The position numbers and the translations under genes are program-made. Source: a virus (lineage: Duplodnaviria; Caudoviricetes). Taken from it: a stretch of 37,130 nt of DNA. Shown here piece after piece: positions 8,362 to 16,284 of the stretch. Within the stretch, counting starts at the first letter, position 1, and the number at the start of each line of letters is the position of its first letter. The notes under the pieces are model-generated. The model was not told the origin of the DNA, ran no database searches, and saw only the letters and a list, made by a program, of their open reading frames with translations. The stretch covers positions 1 to 37,130 of IMG/VR virus record IMGVR_UViG_3300025053_000009. One strand, given 5' to 3'.

Positions 8362-8717
8362 GCGGCTCCCCCGGTGGCCGCGCGCTCCGCCATCTTCTGG
8401 GTGGAGATGGCAGGCGACCACGGCATGTACTTTCCAACGACTTCGGGCGCCTCTTTGTAGGCTGGGCCTTTACCCCAACACAGCGACTTGATGCCGGTCT
8501 CAGTGTCAACTTCGATGCGGCAGGAATTCCACATCGCAGCCAGATCAGTCCATCCGTGATTAGCCATCCACTCGCTGCGCACATGGGGCATGAGGCGCGG
8601 GTATCCACAACCCTTAGAGCACGCAATGACTTCTGGAAGCGAAATTCCGCCATTAACCGTGAAGCGATTTGCTTTTGCTCCGCATTGCGGGCATGGGTTC
8701 AGCTGCTGCTCGCTCAT
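8358..8717 (-). CDS. Lar-like (restriction alleviation) zinc-finger protein
   Basis: LNPCPQCG...IACSKGCG...AAMWN pattern typical of Lar-family phage proteins. Confidence 0.55.
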   Translation of the reverse strand: MSEQQLNPCPQCGAKANRFTVNGGISLPEVIACSKGCGYPRLMPHVRSEWMANHGWTDLAAMWNSCRIEVDTETGIKSLCWGKGPAYKEAPEVVGKYMPWSPAISTQKMAERAATGGAA

Positions 8718-9022
8718 TTCTCACTCCCCAGCAGCGCATACCGGTGCAGCAGCTCGGCCGGCACGGGCTCGATCGCACCCTCCCGGCAGACGTAGTGATC
8801 GGTGTCGCGGATCTGCAGCAGCTCGGCGCTGGGACCGCGCAGCAGGTGGCATTTGCGCACCAGGCTGGCAACGTGCTCAGCCTGGGCCTGGGCGTCAGCC
8901 AGGTCGGCGGCTTGTGCTGCCTGCACGTCGGCGTCGCTCGGGCCGCTGGCGATGTGCATGACGGCAAACAGCGCGGCGGCGGCGGTGATGCCACCCAGCC
9001 AGTTCTTGAAGGTCTGGTTCAT
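8714..9022 (-). CDS. Small protein with N-terminal TM/signal segment
   Basis: Hydrophobic WLGGITAAAALFAVMHIA. GGAGG SD and coupled start. Confidence 0.7.
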   Translation of the reverse strand: MNQTFKNWLGGITAAAALFAVMHIASGPSDADVQAAQAADLADAQAQAEHVASLVRKCHLLRGPSAELLQIRDTDHYVCREGAIEPVPAELLHRYALLGSEK

Positions 9023-9279
9023 GCCGCCTCCCTTGCGCGCAGCATGGCGTCGGCCATTTCGTAGGCATCAATGGCCAGCCCAATGCGCCAGTCAGGGTTG
9101 TGAAAAAGCCTAGATCCAGCGGCAGCATCATCCATTGCTGATGAGTAAACCGACGGTAAAACCTTGGCCGCGAAGTAGTCGCGCAGGGTCATGCCATCGC
9201 AAAGTGCATGCGCGGTGTAGGTTTGCCCAGGATGGAGCGGGATCGGAAACGCCGGCCCGCCGTTGTTGATGTTGCTCAT
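9019..9279 (-). CDS. Conserved phage protein (GGPAFP...GMTLRDYFAA...AYEMADAML family)
   Basis: Carries motifs widespread in lambdoid early regions. Confidence 0.85.
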   Translation of the reverse strand: MSNINNGGPAFPIPLHPGQTYTAHALCDGMTLRDYFAAKVLPSVYSSAMDDAAAGSRLFHNPDWRIGLAIDAYEMADAMLRAREAA

Positions 9280-9497
9280 GCCACTTTCCTTTCGTTGATT
9301 CGCGCTTGGCGCCTGGATTCGAGGATTTCGCGCACCGCGTCGGCGGCAACCTCTTTCATCTGCAGGCCATACCTGGAGTCGGTCGCTGCGATCTGTTGCA
9401 GCGCTTGAAACATTGCGTCGCGCTCGGCGGTCACGACCGCGAAGGCCTGGACAACTGGCGCGGCTTGGAAGCCGGTGGGGATGGCAGCGAGGCTCAT
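9276..9497 (-). CDS. Phage hypothetical protein (73 aa)
   Basis: ATGA-coupled on both sides. Confidence 0.65.
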   Translation of the reverse strand: MSLAAIPTGFQAAPVVQAFAVVTAERDAMFQALQQIAATDSRYGLQMKEVAADAVREILESRRQARINERKVA

Positions 9498-9754
9498 ATG
9501 CAGGCCCTCTCTTTTTCCATCGCCTTGACCAGCTCGCCGGTAATGCGCTGCCAGTCCTTCTCGGTGGCCGCCTGGACCAGCCAGGGCGCCGGCTTGTCGC
9601 TACCCAGCGGCAGGAGCTCGAATTCCAGCTCTTCCGGGTCATCGGGCAGCCAGTCGTCCCAGTGGCCGCGGCGGTTGCAGATGGGCGGCGAGTAGCTTTT
9701 CAGGCGGGCCCGGCAGGGCAGGCCGCGCTTGACGGTGGTTCTGATCTCGAGCAT
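9494..9754 (-). CDS. Phage hypothetical protein (86 aa)
   Basis: GGAG SD just downstream of a terminator. Starts MLEIRTT. Confidence 0.65.
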   Translation of the reverse strand: MLEIRTTVKRGLPCRARLKSYSPPICNRRGHWDDWLPDDPEELEFELLPLGSDKPAPWLVQAATEKDWQRITGELVKAMEKERACI

Positions 9755-9763
9755 GGGCGCTCC

Positions 9764-9789
9764 AAAAAGAAGCCCGCGCGAGGCGGGCT
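9764..9789 (-). terminator. Intrinsic terminator (repeat family variant)
   Basis: AGCCCGC CTCGC GCGGGCT TCTTTTT on the minus strand. Confidence 0.75.
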
Positions 9790-9795
9790 GGTTAT

Positions 9796-10164
9796 TCATG
9801 TGCTGGGTGGCTTCTTCTCGATGGCGACGACTTCGACTTGAAGCCAGCCAGCCCGGGTGGCCAGGTCTGCGCAGACTTGCGCGGCATCAGGAATGGAGTA
9901 GGGCTTTGCGCGAACCGGCTTTTTGGTCGCGTTGCGCAACCAGTCCTGCTCGCTGAACGGCTCGGCCTCGCGCTCACCCCCCCTTGCGCTCAGCATCAGA
10001 TGCCGATCCCGCGCCTTTTGCAGTGCGCCCGGCGGGATGCCTTGGACGCGCCAGCCCTTGTGAAGCGAGTCGGGGACCGCTCGGGTCTTGCGCTCTTTCT
10101 GGTGCAGGTCGAGCTTGCAGATGTGCAGTGGCTGGCCTTGGTAGTTGACAAACTGCAGCGTCAT
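9796..10164 (-). CDS. Basic phage hypothetical protein (122 aa)
   Basis: GGAG SD before MTLQFVNY, bounded by terminators. Confidence 0.7.
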   Translation of the reverse strand: MTLQFVNYQGQPLHICKLDLHQKERKTRAVPDSLHKGWRVQGIPPGALQKARDRHLMLSARGGEREAEPFSEQDWLRNATKKPVRAKPYSIPDAAQVCADLATRAGWLQVEVVAIEKKPPST

Positions 10165-10174
10165 TCGTGACTCC

Positions 10175-10212
10175 AAAAAAATGCCCGCCAGGTGCATGAC
10201 ACGCTGGCGGGC
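10175..10212 (-). terminator. Intrinsic terminator
   Basis: GCCCGCCAG...CTGGCGGGC followed by ATTTTTTT on the minus strand. Confidence 0.75.
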
Positions 10213-10254
10213 TAACCCCCGTCGCAGAAACGGGGCAGGGAGGATGGTGGTTGG

Positions 10255-10437
10255 CTAGTGGCTGCGCGCCATGCAAATCAGCAGGCGGCCGATCAGCGCG
10301 GCGACAAAGGCATCCTTGTCCGGGCTGGTGCGGTAGGCCTCAAACATGGCGTCTGCCTTGAGACCGTGGTGGCCCAGGCACAGGGCAATGCGCTCATCCT
10401 GAATCACAATAGGGTTTTCAACTTGGGGGTTGTTCAT
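10255..10437 (-). CDS. Possible small protein (60 aa, MNNPQVENP...)
   Basis: In operon orientation. Its start overlaps the start of the divergent DUF4145-like gene and no clear SD is present. Confidence 0.35.
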   Translation of the reverse strand: MNNPQVENPIVIQDERIALCLGHHGLKADAMFEAYRTSPDKDAFVAALIGRLLICMARSH

Positions 10438-11086
10438 GGCGAATTGGGTAATGACACATGACTGCCCGCATTGCGGGGCGAAGAACACCGGCTTTAGTGG
10501 CGTCAGCGGGTACGGACTGGGCAACTTTGTGTTTGCACTGCTAGCCAGTTGCAATGCCTGCAATGGCCCTCTTACAGCGGTGGTTGACACCGGTGGGCAG
10601 GCCTCTCAAATCCGGGAGTTGAGCGGAGATGTATTGAGGAATTCTCGGCATCGTGTGCTGAATGTGTTCCCCACTCCAAAACCCATCGAGGCGCCGGCCA
10701 GCGTCCCGGACAAGGTTGCTCGCTCATTCATCGAAGCAGCCACCGCCCGGCGCGCCAAGCTGTGGAACTCAGCTTGCGCAGCCTACCGCCGCACGATGGA
10801 GCTGGGCCTGAAGACCATGAGCCCCGACATCGAGGTCTGGAAGCTTGAAAAACGCATCGACCGGCTTGCTACCGAGCACCGCATCACGCCCGAGCTGCAA
10901 GCCTGGGCGCATGAGCTGCGCCTGGACGGCAACGAAGCACTGCATGGCGACGAAGACGCCACCGAGGAGATGACTGAGCAGATGCATCACCTGTGCTGGT
11001 TCTTGCTGACCTATCTCTACACGCTGCCCAGCCAGGTTGAGGCCATCAGGGCTCGACGTTCCGGCTTGGAAACCCCAGCACCCTGA
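10436..11086 (+). CDS. DUF4145-like (HEPN-related) protein with N-terminal zinc ribbon; moron
   Basis: CPHC/CNAC pairs, ACAAYRRTMEL, LEKRIDRL, and AHELRLDGNEALH (RxxGNxxxH). Antisense to the early operon. Confidence 0.85.
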   Translation: MANWVMTHDCPHCGAKNTGFSGVSGYGLGNFVFALLASCNACNGPLTAVVDTGGQASQIRELSGDVLRNSRHRVLNVFPTPKPIEAPASVPDKVARSFIEAATARRAKLWNSACAAYRRTMELGLKTMSPDIEVWKLEKRIDRLATEHRITPELQAWAHELRLDGNEALHGDEDATEEMTEQMHHLCWFLLTYLYTLPSQVEAIRARRSGLETPAP

Positions 11087-11382
11087 TCCAAGGCGCTTGG
11101 GTTTTGCCCCTCTTGCGAAGGGCTCTTGCCCCAGGTGGTTTCGCTTCGACCGACCACATTGCCGTGACATCTGGTGCGACCTGCCTGGTTGTTGTTTCCG
11201 GTGTTTTTTCTCTTGGCTCCGTAGCCTCAACCCCTGTACTTTGTGCCGCCCCTGGTTTGGCGGTGGTCCTGGGGCCTAGAAGGGCGCGAACCTTGACCTG
11301 ATCGCTCGACTACCGGGTATGCCCTCGTCGCCTTCATCCTTGCCTTGCTGCCGTCTTGCGCTCTTCGCTGCGGCATGGATAA

Positions 11383-11421
11383 ACTTTAGCACAGCTCAAT
11401 AAAAAACAAAAGCAACGCTAA
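11383..11421 (-). promoter_or_regulatory. PL promoter with two OL operators
   Basis: Extended -10 TGCTAAAGT, identical to PR. Operator-like AGC-N3-GCT sites at 11386-11398 and 11409-11421 match the sites between cI and cro. Confidence 0.75.
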
Positions 11422-11558
11422 AATATTTCACATACCGACCCGATCCTGGGCTGTGCGCAGGGTCAGACACCGGCGGCATGGGGCTGGCGGGCAGAGTCGG
11501 TAAAATGGAGCACGATGATGCAAATAATGAAGACGCACCGCACCACGCGAGGCCGCCC

Positions 11559-12500
11559 ATGAAGGCGGTCTCCTTGTTTTCGGGCTGCGGTGGCTCGGAC
11601 GCCGGCGTGATCGCGGCCGGCTTTGATGTGGTGATGGCCAACGACAAGCTGGCCTATGCCAGGGACGTTTATCTGGCCAACCACGCCGCGACCGACTACC
11701 GGCTCGGCGATGTGGGCAAGATCGAAACCTTCCCGGATGCCGAGTTGCTGGTGGGTTGCTACCCTTGCCAGGGCTTTAGCCAGGGCGGGGTGCGCGAGGC
11801 CTCACGCTCGATCAACACGCTGTACCTGGAGTTCGCCCGAGCGCTCCACGCCATCCGCCCCAAGGCCTTCGTGGTGGAAAACGTCTCTGGCATGGTGCGC
11901 AAGAACTTCGCCCACCTGCTGCAGGACCAGTTCAAGGTCTTCACCGACGCCGGCTACCAGGTCAAGGCCCAGGTGCTCAATGCCGCCGATTACGGCGTGG
12001 CGCAAGACCGCAAGCGCATCCTGATCGTGGGTGTGCGCAACGACCTGGGGGTCGAGTACCACTTCCCCGCACCGACCCATGGATCTGACCGCGAGCAGCC
12101 GCACGTCACAATCCGGGATGCGATCGGCGACCTGCCTGCTTGGCCTGAAGGCGAGTTCTATGCCCGCGAGTTCCACTGGTACTACCTCAGCCGTGATCGC
12201 CGCAGGGCGTGGGACGAGGTGTCCAAGACCATCGTGGCAAACCCGCGTCATGTCCCCCTGCACCCCATGAGCCCCAAGCTCGTCAAGCAGGAGCACAACG
12301 TCTGGAGCTTCGCGACTGATGCGCCGGCGCGCCGCTTCAGTTACCGTGAGGCGGCCCGCCTGCAAGGCTTTGCGCATGACTTCGTGTTTCCCGACACGCC
12401 TGCCGGAAGTCTGGACATGCGCTACAAGGTGATTGGTAACGCCGTGCCGCCACCTTTGTTCGAGGCCGTGGTGCGCGCCTTGCCTGATGTGTGGGGCTGA
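11559..12500 (+). CDS. DNA (cytosine-5)-methyltransferase
   Basis: Motifs I FSGCGG, IV GCYPCQGFS, VI ENV, VIII QDRKR, IX REAARLQGF and X IGNAVPP. Start at MKAVSLF (alternatives 11478 and 11505). Possible -10 TAAAAT at 11501. Confidence 0.96.
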   Translation: MKAVSLFSGCGGSDAGVIAAGFDVVMANDKLAYARDVYLANHAATDYRLGDVGKIETFPDAELLVGCYPCQGFSQGGVREASRSINTLYLEFARALHAIRPKAFVVENVSGMVRKNFAHLLQDQFKVFTDAGYQVKAQVLNAADYGVAQDRKRILIVGVRNDLGVEYHFPAPTHGSDREQPHVTIRDAIGDLPAWPEGEFYAREFHWYYLSRDRRRAWDEVSKTIVANPRHVPLHPMSPKLVKQEHNVWSFATDAPARRFSYREAARLQGFAHDFVFPDTPAGSLDMRYKVIGNAVPPPLFEAVVRALPDVWG

Positions 12501-12509
12501 TCCGTTCGG

Positions 12510-13610
12510 TCAGCTGATCCTGAGTGCCAGGGCTTCATCGATGGCTGGCTTGACCAGCGCGCCATGCTTCATCAATTCATAGGCATCCGCGAGCCTGACC
12601 AGGCGCAGTCGATCGATCACAATCGCTGTTGCCATGTCGCGTTTCTCTTGCCAGTCCATTTTCCCATCGCGCTCGTCGGTCAAATCCAGCGGCATGAAGT
12701 AATAGGTCGACCAGTCGTGGCCTGTCACCAGTTTCTTGCTTAATTTTGCGGGTGATGCCTCAAGCATCTTGTCTGGCCAACCGTCCACGGTACAGCCACA
12801 TTGACCCAGCGCAATGGGAATGTGATCTCGCTCATCTCCCAAATCATGCCAGGCGACCAGGTCAAGACCACCGTCACCAACATCGCTGTCTGGAAAGTCT
12901 CGTCTTTCCAGGCGCAACTCACCTCGAATGTCTTGGGCTAGAAGCGTCAGTTTGTCGAAAAGTTTTCCCTTGTACCGGGTGCCGTGCGCAGCTCCAAACC
13001 GGTGAACCTGAGATTTCCTAGGCATCAGATCCTTGAATACAAGAAACGAGACCTGTTCAAACGAGGCTGTATACGTGTTGCGTCGTTTTTTTGGGCAGTA
13101 CTTCAGCAGCGAAGACAGCAGCAATTGCAGGTAGAAATAGTGGGTTGCATTTAGATCGATTTTAAGCTTGATTTCTTGCGTGTGATGATCAATATCAAAT
13201 GGCCAGCTTTCACCGAATATAATCGATCGCCAGCGAAGTTGCCGAAAGCAAGCCGCCGACAAGGCTTCGTCATCATCGGTTTTCTGTAGCCCCGAGTCTG
13301 GTTCTTCATGATCTTCCAGACTAAAGATATCTGGATCTATTGGATCATCACCATCTTCCGGTGTTGTGTCTTTGGATTCGCCGATGGCCTCGGCCAGGTT
13401 GTCACGCGAGAACCGTTTGTCTGTGTGAGTCAGACAGCGCAGTTCGATGTAGTCGCACCATCGGTAGCGGGCGTAACGAGGCGCGTCAGGCTTCGTGCTG
13501 ACGTTTTCCAGGATGGGCACTGCTGGCATTTTTGGCGAGGCTGGAACACTGGAGTGACGCCGGCGTGTGCCAGCCACGGCATCGATTACCTTTTTCATCT
13601 CACTCGTCAT
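12510..13610 (-). CDS. Putative Mrr-like PD-(D/E)xK nuclease-fold protein
   Basis: FEQVS...GDGGLDLVAW...LGQCGC resembles the Mrr-type E...DxGxD...QxK core. More AT-rich than flanking genes. Start uncertain (13649, 13610 or 13598). Confidence 0.65.
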   Translation of the reverse strand: MTSEMKKVIDAVAGTRRRHSSVPASPKMPAVPILENVSTKPDAPRYARYRWCDYIELRCLTHTDKRFSRDNLAEAIGESKDTTPEDGDDPIDPDIFSLEDHEEPDSGLQKTDDDEALSAACFRQLRWRSIIFGESWPFDIDHHTQEIKLKIDLNATHYFYLQLLLSSLLKYCPKKRRNTYTASFEQVSFLVFKDLMPRKSQVHRFGAAHGTRYKGKLFDKLTLLAQDIRGELRLERRDFPDSDVGDGGLDLVAWHDLGDERDHIPIALGQCGCTVDGWPDKMLEASPAKLSKKLVTGHDWSTYYFMPLDLTDERDGKMDWQEKRDMATAIVIDRLRLVRLADAYELMKHGALVKPAIDEALALRIS

Positions 13611-14706
13611 CTGTAATTCGCTTGGCCTGGATTGCATTGCGCAAATCAAATGCCCGCTTGCGTATGGCCTCGGCCACCTCCTCGTCTCCAGTGGCGGGGC
13701 GATCCACTTGCGGCATCCAGCCCCAGGCCTCCTGCAACTTGCGTTCGATGGCCTTGAGCGTCAGGCTCAAAGCCTGTGCCGGCCCGCGACTGATCAGGAA
13801 TGCGGTTTCGAGATTTCCTTCCTCGACCAGTACCGAGATGGCGGCTTTAGATTCGACCACGGCGGCCAGTTGCTTCAGATTGCGAGAGTCACCCAGAACC
13901 GGTTTCTGGTTGCCACGTGCGACGAACATCCAGCTCAATAGATTCTTGAGCGCCTCGTCCTTGATGCCTGCTCCTATCATGTCTTGGCGGCCTTCTAGCC
14001 CAAGGTAGTCGGCAATGTTGCTGTAGCTGATGGCAGTGCTCAACACGGAAAAATCAATCTCCTGCGGATTGAGTCCTGGTACGCCGTAGAAGTTTTCCGC
14101 CTCGGCCCGGTCGTACAGGTTCAAGGCGGTCAGCATCTGTGCCACGTAGTCGCTGCGGCTGCCAATTTCACGGGCCAGTGCTGAGGTTTGTTGTCGGGGA
14201 TCTAATCCGGCGTAAAAGCGGTCGCGCAGTTTCTTGATGTAGCGGGCCTTTTGCAGGCTGCTCCAGCTCTTGATGCCAGTGATGTGACGAAAACCGAGGT
14301 AGCGCAGGATGGCATCCTCGTTGTCGAAAATCAGGCAGGGAACCTCTTCGGGTTTGTGGCGAGCCTGCTCACAGGCTTCTTCAACTGAGTTTCTCCCAGC
14401 AGGCACCGGCACCAAGCCGTTCAGAAGCTTGAGGGCTGCCAACCGGCGATTGCCCTCGATCACATGGTAGCGATTGGTTGCCGCAACCTTCACCACGAGC
14501 AGGGGCTCTCCAGGAAAATATCCCTGGTCGGCAATCGAGTTCAGTACCTCCAGCAGGCGCTCATCTCGAATGAAGCGCTCGATCAAGTCTTCTTCTGGAC
14601 CCCCAGCTACTTCTAGTGAAAACCGTGGGTTATGCGGGTCAAAGTCAAGTTGGAGCACGGGTATCGACTCGCGCTCGGGCTGGGATTTTTGTTCGATGTT
14701 GTCCAT
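13600..14706 (-). CDS. ParB/Sulfiredoxin-like N-terminal domain protein with HTH
   Basis: DPHNPRF, GYFPGEPLLVV, VIEGNRRLAAL (GxRR patch) and LAREIGSRSDYV HTH-like segment. Begins 22 nt after the cI stop. Confidence 0.88.
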   Translation of the reverse strand: MDNIEQKSQPERESIPVLQLDFDPHNPRFSLEVAGGPEEDLIERFIRDERLLEVLNSIADQGYFPGEPLLVVKVAATNRYHVIEGNRRLAALKLLNGLVPVPAGRNSVEEACEQARHKPEEVPCLIFDNEDAILRYLGFRHITGIKSWSSLQKARYIKKLRDRFYAGLDPRQQTSALAREIGSRSDYVAQMLTALNLYDRAEAENFYGVPGLNPQEIDFSVLSTAISYSNIADYLGLEGRQDMIGAGIKDEALKNLLSWMFVARGNQKPVLGDSRNLKQLAAVVESKAAISVLVEEGNLETAFLISRGPAQALSLTLKAIERKLQEAWGWMPQVDRPATGDEEVAEAIRKRAFDLRNAIQAKRITDDE

Positions 14707-14728
14707 GTTCGTTCTTCTTGCCGGTTTG

Positions 14729-15487
14729 TCATCCCTTGCGCAGCGACCACCAGGCCAGCACCTTGCCGCAGATGGTGATGGTGTCGCCTTCCTTGGCCAG
14801 ATCGTAGCGCTCCTCGTCGGGGAACTCGACCTGGTTCTCGCTGCGCAGGATCAGCGTGCCGTTGGCCAGGATCAGCGCCTTCTTCAGCAGAAGCCGACCG
14901 GCCACGTCGACCACATAGATGCCTGGCGCATCGATCGCGCGCTGCGCCACGTCCACGAACACCAGGTCGCGGTGGTTGATCGCCGGCCACATGCTGCGGC
15001 CCTTGGCGGTCAGCATCTTGATGCGCTGGGCATCCACGCTGCCCACTTCCTCGCGCACCCAGCGCTCAAGCACGTCCAGGTGCTGCACCACTTGCTCCAG
15101 CTCATCCACGACGGCGCCGTGCCCCATGGACGGCTGGGCCGACAGGTGCTCCAGGCGGATGTAACCCTCAGGCGGTCCGGTCAGTTCGACTGACGCAGGC
15201 ACCACGGCATTGCTGGCTTCAGACGTCGGCATGGTGGCAGGCAGCTTGACTGCCAAGCTAGGACTGATTTCCTCAATCGAGCAGCCGAAGCCTTGCATGT
15301 AGGCAGAGGCATGCTCAAGCCCAATCGGACGGTGGCCAGAAATGTGCTGGCTGATCATCGATGGCCCCCCGGGCACTTTGTAGCGCCTAGCAAATTCGGC
15401 CTTGCTGATCCCGGTTTCTTCTTTGAGCTTCTTGAATTTGGCAGCGAGGTTGGCGCCCTCGCGTTGTGCCTGCGTTATGTCTTGCAT
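14729..15487 (-). CDS. cI: CI-like repressor (HTH plus S24 peptidase)
   Basis: N-terminal HTH, SMGHG cleavage-site region, GRSMWP catalytic Ser and LLLKK catalytic Lys. Divergent from cro. Confidence 0.93.
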   Translation of the reverse strand: MQDITQAQREGANLAAKFKKLKEETGISKAEFARRYKVPGGPSMISQHISGHRPIGLEHASAYMQGFGCSIEEISPSLAVKLPATMPTSEASNAVVPASVELTGPPEGYIRLEHLSAQPSMGHGAVVDELEQVVQHLDVLERWVREEVGSVDAQRIKMLTAKGRSMWPAINHRDLVFVDVAQRAIDAPGIYVVDVAGRLLLKKALILANGTLILRSENQVEFPDEERYDLAKEGDTITICGKVLAWWSLRKG

Positions 15488-15550
15488 ATAGCAATGCTAT
15501 AGATTTTGGGTTTTAGCATGGCTTGAATAATCGTTAAGCTATGCTAAAGT
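15487..15550. promoter_or_regulatory. OR operators with PRM and PR
   Basis: Palindrome TATAGCAATGCTATA (15487-15501), plus TTTAGCATGGCTT (15512-15524) and AAGCTATGCTAAA (15536-15548). PR has -35 TTGAAT (15523) and extended -10 TGCTAAAGT. PRM -10 TAGCAT is on the minus strand (15494-15499). Confidence 0.85.
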
Positions 15551-15557
15551 ATTACTC

Positions 15558-15821
15558 ATGAACCTCAAGACCTACCTGACCAAGAGCAAGCAGGTGGACC
15601 TCGCGCGGAAGCTGGGCGTCACCCAGGGCGCGGTCCATCAGTGGGCTGTCGGCCTGTCGCGACCGTCCGCCGAGCGCAGCATCCAGATCGAGAAGGCCAC
15701 CGCCGGCGCGGTGAGCTGCGAAGAGCTGCGCCCCGACGTGGACTGGGCCTACTTGCGCGGCACAGCCCGCAAGCCCCGCCGAGCTGCCGCCCCAGCGGCT
15801 GTGGAGGCGAGCCATGCGTGA
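15558..15821 (+). CDS. cro: Cro-like (YdaS family) regulator
   Basis: QVDLARKLGVTQGAVHQW HTH and IEKATAGAVSCEELRPDVDW. Confidence 0.92.
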   Translation: MNLKTYLTKSKQVDLARKLGVTQGAVHQWAVGLSRPSAERSIQIEKATAGAVSCEELRPDVDWAYLRGTARKPRRAAAPAAVEASHA

Positions 15822-16032
15822 GACGACCACGACGTATTCCCTGCCCCTGACCGAGCGCGAGAAAACAGCCATCCAGAAGGCGCTAGCCGCCCTGGACGGC
15901 CTGACGCTGATCGAAGCCTTTCGTGTGGCCCTGGACCTCCAGCACCACGTCGAAGACCAGCGTAGAGCCCTCTGGAAGAAGGTGGTTGAGCCGACGCAGT
16001 TCAGCGCGGCAGATGCCGTCCAAGAGCTCTGA
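15814..16032 (+). CDS. Phage hypothetical protein (72 aa)
   Basis: GGAGG SD, overlaps the cro stop. Confidence 0.6.
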   Translation: MRETTTTYSLPLTEREKTAIQKALAALDGLTLIEAFRVALDLQHHVEDQRRALWKKVVEPTQFSAADAVQEL

Positions 16033-16198
16033 GCTTTTTGTCCAGCTGCGCCATGTGTTCTTCGAGAGAGTTCGGAAATTCGTACGGATCGGTCCTGTCC
16101 TGGTCCGCGATGTTGAGCCGCTGCTTGATCTCCTGCATCTCGATGAAGTTGAGGATCAGCAGCTGCTTGAGCTCGGCCAGTTCGTTGTTGTTTTGCAT
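16001..16198 (-). CDS. Small antisense moron protein (65 aa)
   Basis: AGGAGG SD and a TACGAT -10 candidate about 40 nt upstream. Confidence 0.6.
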   Translation of the reverse strand: MQNNNELAELKQLLILNFIEMQEIKQRLNIADQDRTDPYEFPNSLEEHMAQLDKKLRALGRHLPR

Positions 16199-16284
16199 GT
16201 CCGCCCTCCTTGGGCTTGATGGGTGTGTAGGAGCTTCCATCGTAAGCCAGGGTAGGGCGGGCCCCCGGATAAGGGAGGAGAGCC

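Noticed and set aside
13600-14706. Plasmid-prophage partitioning ParB
   Set aside because: No ParA or evident parS nearby. Its context with a nuclease-like gene and an MTase fits defence better.
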